This document shows positions 13,772 through 16,594 of a stretch of DNA of 16,594 nucleotides, piece after piece; the stretch's first letter is position 1, and every line of letters starts with the position of its first letter. Position numbers and translations under genes: made by a program. The stretch spans positions 1 through 16,594 of the forward strand of contig JASEGQ010000011.1 in the NCBI GenBank assembly GCA_030017875.1, in the 5' to 3' direction. The notes below the pieces were generated by a model. That model made no database searches. It had not been told where the DNA came from and saw only the letters and a list, made by a program, of their open reading frames with translations. Source of the stretch: Candidatus Aenigmatarchaeota archaeon (GTDB taxonomy: Archaea > Aenigmatarchaeota > Aenigmatarchaeia > CG10238-14 > SCSR01).

Positions 13772-14480
13772 CTATCTACCAAACTTTCTCTGAACAGAAT
13801 TATACCATCTAATTGCTTTTATTAATTCTTTCTTAGAAAAATCGGGCCAAAGTGTTTTGGTAACGTAAAATTCTGCGTAGGATGCTTGCCACAGCATAAA
13901 GTTTGATAATCTGCTAAACCCTCCAGTCCTAATTAGCAAGTCTATTGGCAACGGAACTAGCAAATTTTTTTCTATATCTTTTTCTGTTATTTCTATCTTA
14001 CCTGTCCTTATAATCTTCTCAGCTATTTTTCTCATGGTCTCAGTTAGCTCAAACTTGCTCCCATAAGCTACCAAGAAGTTGATAACATGTTTTTGATATT
14101 TGGCAGTTTTCTGCATTATTTTGCCCATCAGCCTAACAAGCTTTGGAGGCAATCGTTTCAAATCTCCAACAAATCTAACCTTTATTTCATATTTTTCCAG
14201 AATTGGCTTCTTTTTCTCCCAAGATTCTAACATTTCATAAGCTAGTTTGAATATTTCGTTCAATTCTCTTTTCGGTCTGTTCAGATTTTCTGTTGACAGC
14301 ACATAAACAGATATCTGGGGTATACCAAGCTCTAGGCACCAGTCTAAAAATTTGTCAAATACTTTACATCCTTGTCTATGACCATACCATACTGGCATTC
14401 CTCTTTTAAGGGCCCATCTTCTGTCTACGGGCTAAAGGCTTTCCGTCTATGATGATGCCCAAATGATTCGGAACTTTCAT
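13772..14480 (-). CDS. uppS: cis-prenyltransferase (undecaprenyl/dehydrodolichyl diphosphate synthase family), two exons (14480..14441 joined to 14424..13772), 230 aa after removal of a 16-nt BHB intron
   Basis: The track ORF (208 aa) starts at [10 protein letters not shown] and lacks the family's N-terminal substrate-binding motif. Upstream, in a different frame, ATG 14480 encodes [13 protein letters not shown]. Removing 14440..14425 fuses the frames into [32 protein letters not shown], the conserved DGNRRWA...GH..G signature. Total length is 693 nt, or 231 codons including the stop. Confidence 0.85.
14425..14440 (-). other. 16-nt bulge-helix-bulge intron within the uppS coding sequence (frame-correcting)
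   Basis: RNA reads ACGG AA|A GC CUUUA GC CCGU AG|A. The central helix ACGG (14446..14443) pairs with CCGU (14430..14427) at 4 of 4. The 5' bulge is AA|A and the 3' bulge is AG|A. The inner helix is GC/GC with loop CUUUA. The outer helix is weak, with only one G-C pair. Confidence 0.75.
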
Positions 14481-14510
14481 ATCCTTCACTTTAAATTGAA
14501 TATTGAAAAG

Positions 14511-14520
14511 ATTTAAAAAT
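14511..14520 (+). promoter_or_regulatory. candidate TATA box for the tRNA-Trp gene
   Basis: ATTTAAAAAT lies about 29-38 nt upstream of the first tRNA nucleotide at 14549. Confidence 0.3.
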
Positions 14521-14557
14521 TAGTATTTACAAACTCAAAATTAAGTTTGGGGTTGTA

Positions 14558-14588
14558 TATAACGTGGGACGTTAAGCACGAAGTTGTA
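14558..14588 (+). other. tRNA-Trp 5' intervening sequence (31 nt; exact register ambiguous within the GTTGTA direct repeat)
   Basis: This stretch must be removed to join the acceptor stem plus U8 A9 to the D stem AGAU. It is flanked by the direct repeat GTTGTA (14552..14557 and 14583..14588). It contains the hairpin UAACG-UGGGA-CGUUA. In no allowed register could I fold a convincing BHB by hand. Confidence 0.45.
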
Positions 14589-14618
14589 AGATAGCTTGGT
14601 TAGTCTATCAGGCTCCAG

Positions 14619-14655
14619 AGATATTTTGGAGCATTGATACCAGATGAAAGAAGAA
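14619..14655 (+). other. tRNA-Trp anticodon-loop intervening sequence (37 nt, 37/38)
   Basis: In the canonical register the central helix is CUCC/GAAG at 3 of 4 (one C-A mismatch), with 5' bulge AG|A and 3' bulge AA|A. A competing perfect pairing exists between CUCCA (14613..14617) and intron UGGAG (14627..14631). Confidence 0.55.
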
Positions 14656-14736
14656 ACCTGAAAACGAGGGTTCAAATCCCTCCAACCCCATCCAGGCTTT
14701 TATTCATTGCAATGTTGATAGGATGTATCGGATAGT

Positions 14737-15393
14737 CTAAGTCCTCCAACCGTACTTTCCTTTAAGTTCTAAGAAAATTACTGGACCTAAATTTTCAGTC
14801 TTTATTCCTTCTTTAGTTTTTTCCAGATAAATCAAGTCTTGCCCCCCAGATATTCCTCCGACAGGTGCGACAAGCCTTCCACCAACTTTTAGTTGTTCTA
14901 TCAAAGGTTTTGGAATTTCTGGACACGATGCTGTTACGATTATCGAATCATAGGGCGCTTCTTTTGGAAATCCTTGGGAGCCATCGCCGCAAATAACTTT
15001 TACAGTTTTGTATCCAGCCCTTTTCAAGTTCTTTCTAGCAAACTCACAAACTTCAGGAACTATTTCGATTGTTATAACCTTTCCTCTTTTGACTATCTCT
15101 TTTATCAGAGCAGCTCCGTATCCTGAGCCAGAGCCGACTTCTAAAACCCTTTCCCCAGGTTTTAACTTAACTGCTTCTAGCATAATGACATACATATGCG
15201 GAGCAGAAATTGTTGCTTTTCCAACTATTGGTAATGGTGCATCGACCCAAGCCTCTTCCTTATACTCAGGCAAAACAAATAGCTCCCTTCTAACTTTCAA
15301 CATCGCCCTTTTGATCTCAGGACTTTTGAGCCTGCCTATAGCCTCTAAGTGCGCAAGTACTTCCCTTTTCTGTTTTTCCAGCTCTTCCATCAT
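14737..15393 (-). CDS. pcm: protein-L-isoaspartate O-methyltransferase
   Basis: ISAPHMYVIMLE and the SAM-binding motif VLEVGSGSGYGAA are both present. 218 aa, TAG stop. Confidence 0.9.
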   Translation of the reverse strand: MMEELEKQKREVLAHLEAIGRLKSPEIKRAMLKVRRELFVLPEYKEEAWVDAPLPIVGKATISAPHMYVIMLEAVKLKPGERVLEVGSGSGYGAALIKEIVKRGKVITIEIVPEVCEFARKNLKRAGYKTVKVICGDGSQGFPKEAPYDSIIVTASCPEIPKPLIEQLKVGGRLVAPVGGISGGQDLIYLEKTKEGIKTENLGPVIFLELKGKYGWRT

Positions 15394-15425
15394 TTTTAAT
15401 TTGAATTAAATAGAATTTGAATTTA

Positions 15426-16262
15426 ATGAGAAGTTTAGAAAAGGTTGTAGAAGACATAAAGAGCGTTAAAGTTCAAGGAGCAAAGGAGATAGCAATCTAT
15501 AGCCTAAAGTTCTTGAAAGAGTTTTGTAAGGAGAACGGTTTTGGGTTAAAGTTTGAAGTTGCGGCCAAAGTCTTGGAGGATGCTAGGCCGACTGCTGTTG
15601 TTTTGCACAATTGCCTAGAGATCTTGAAAAAAGAAAAGAGAATTAGAACTTTTGATAAGCTGATTAAGCAATTAGATAAAGCTACAAAGAGAATTGCGAA
15701 AAATGGAAGCAGGCTTATAAAAAGCGGCTATAAGATAATGACTCATTGTCATTCTGGTGAAGCTTTGGCTGTGATAAAGAAGGCACGGAATGAAGGAAAA
15801 AGAATCTCCATTTTTGCAACCATAACAGAGCCGTTGGAGCAAGGAGTAAGAACTGCAAAAGAGTTAGCAAAGTTAAAAATTCCTGTTACTCTGATTACTG
15901 ATAATGCAGCCGGTTTTTTTGTGAAAGATGTGGATTGTGTTTTGGTTGGAGCAGACGCTATTAGAGTTGATTCCAAAGAATTGATAAACAAAACAGGTAC
16001 GCTTTTGCTTGCTTTAGCAGCAAATGAATTCAAAAAGCCTTTCTACGTAGCAGCTAACACTCTTAAAATTGATAGAAGAAAGAAATTCATAATAGAGGAA
16101 AGACCAGCAAAAGAAATACGTCAAGAGCTAATTAGGCCAGGAAAACTTGAAGGAATAAAGATAAGGAATCCAGCCTTTGACAGAGTTCCGCTCAGATATG
16201 TAAAGAATATAATAACAGAAAAGGGTGTCTTTAAACCGAAGGAAATATTGAGGATGCGATGA
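15426..16262 (+). CDS. eIF-2B alpha/beta/delta-like protein, probable ribose-1,5-bisphosphate isomerase
   Basis: THCHSGEAL...TEPLEQG...LITDNAAG...VLVGADAI...LINKTGT..LALAA are the e2b2/MtnA-family blocks. The gene is translationally coupled by an ATGA overlap to a form III RuBisCO gene. The track start is TTG 15417, but ATG 15426 (MRSLEK) is the more likely start. Confidence 0.8.
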   Translation: MRSLEKVVEDIKSVKVQGAKEIAIYSLKFLKEFCKENGFGLKFEVAAKVLEDARPTAVVLHNCLEILKKEKRIRTFDKLIKQLDKATKRIAKNGSRLIKSGYKIMTHCHSGEALAVIKKARNEGKRISIFATITEPLEQGVRTAKELAKLKIPVTLITDNAAGFFVKDVDCVLVGADAIRVDSKELINKTGTLLLALAANEFKKPFYVAANTLKIDRRKKFIIEERPAKEIRQELIRPGKLEGIKIRNPAFDRVPLRYVKNIITEKGVFKPKEILRMR

Positions 16263-16594
16263 AATACGAAGATTATGTTGATTTAGGTTATAAGCCAGGA
16301 AAAAATGATTTGATCTGTCTATTTAGAGTAGAGCCAGCAAGAGGGTTTACGATAAAAGAAGTTTCTGGTAGAGTAGCGTCAGAGAGTTCTACTGGCACAT
16401 GGACTGAAAGTTTGGTAACAGAAACAAAAGAAGTGGAAAAAAGACTAAAAGGCTTATCAGCAAAAGTTTTTGAGATAAAGGGAAATTATATTAAGGTAGC
16501 TTATCCAATTGAGCTTTTTGAGCCTGGAAATATGCCGCAGATTCTCTCGAGTATAGCTGGAAACGTGTTTGGGATGAAAGCTGTAAAAAACTTA
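16259..16594 (+). CDS. rbcL: RuBisCO large subunit, form III-like (5' partial, runs off the window)
   Basis: It is absent from the ORF track because no stop codon falls inside the window. Translation gives MKYEDYVDLGYKPGKNDLICLFRVEPARGF..GRVASESSTGTWT...ILSSIAGNVFGMKAVKNL, the conserved RuBisCO N-terminal blocks. The ATG overlaps the upstream TGA. Confidence 0.9.
   Translation, partial: MKYEDYVDLGYKPGKNDLICLFRVEPARGFTIKEVSGRVASESSTGTWTESLVTETKEVEKRLKGLSAKVFEIKGNYIKVAYPIELFEPGNMPQILSSIAGNVFGMKAVKNL

Larger units (their letters stand above)
14549..14690 (+). tRNA. tRNA-Trp(CCA) candidate with two intervening sequences (a 31-nt one near 9/10 and a 37-nt one in the anticodon loop); 142-nt precursor, 74-nt mature; CCA not encoded
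   Basis: Sequence reads GGGGUUG UA [31 nt] AGAU AGCUUGGUUA GUCU A UCAGG CUCCAG [37 nt] A CCUGA AAAC GAGGG UUCAAAU CCCUC CAACCCC A. It has a perfect 7-bp acceptor, perfect anticodon stem UCAGG/CCUGA, T arm with G53-C61, and A73. A T-tract (CTTTTATT) follows. Confidence 0.7.

Noticed and set aside
14619-14655. C/D-box guide RNA inside the tRNA-Trp intron, as occurs in some Euryarchaeota
   Set aside because: The intron has only weak box-like strings (AGAUGA, UGAUAC). At 37 nt it is too short to hold C, D', C' and D boxes plus guide regions.

Overview
Visibly AT-rich archaeal chromosomal fragment made up almost entirely of housekeeping genes. These are Topo VI B/A, tRNA-splicing endonuclease EndA, a Pelota-like factor, archaemetzincin, the aIF1A-Rio1-KH cluster, NMD3-like, TYW1/Taw1, geranylgeranyl reductase, cis-prenyltransferase UppS, PIMT, and an R15P-isomerase plus form III RuBisCO AMP-salvage pair. 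The reduced proteins and gene set suggest a small-genome (DPANN-like) archaeon, but that is inference only. The main result is a dense set of short archaeal bulge-helix-bulge (BHB) introns. (1) Three tRNA genes missing from the ORF track are interrupted: tRNA-Phe(GAA) by 3 introns at 9/10, 30/31 and 53/54, tRNA-Thr(UGU) by 2 at 30/31 and 37/38, and tRNA-Trp(CCA) by 2 intervening sequences. (2) Two essential protein-coding genes are also interrupted near their 5' ends. top6B carries a 24-nt element with an in-frame TAG, and uppS carries a 16-nt frame-breaking element. Each folds by hand into a BHB with a perfect 4-bp central helix, and removing it restores a conserved family motif ([13 protein letters not shown] in Top6B, [10 protein letters not shown] in UppS). 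The EndA gene in this window keeps the catalytic Tyr and His but appears to lack the catalytic Lys. No CRISPR array, rRNA gene or obvious mobile element was seen.
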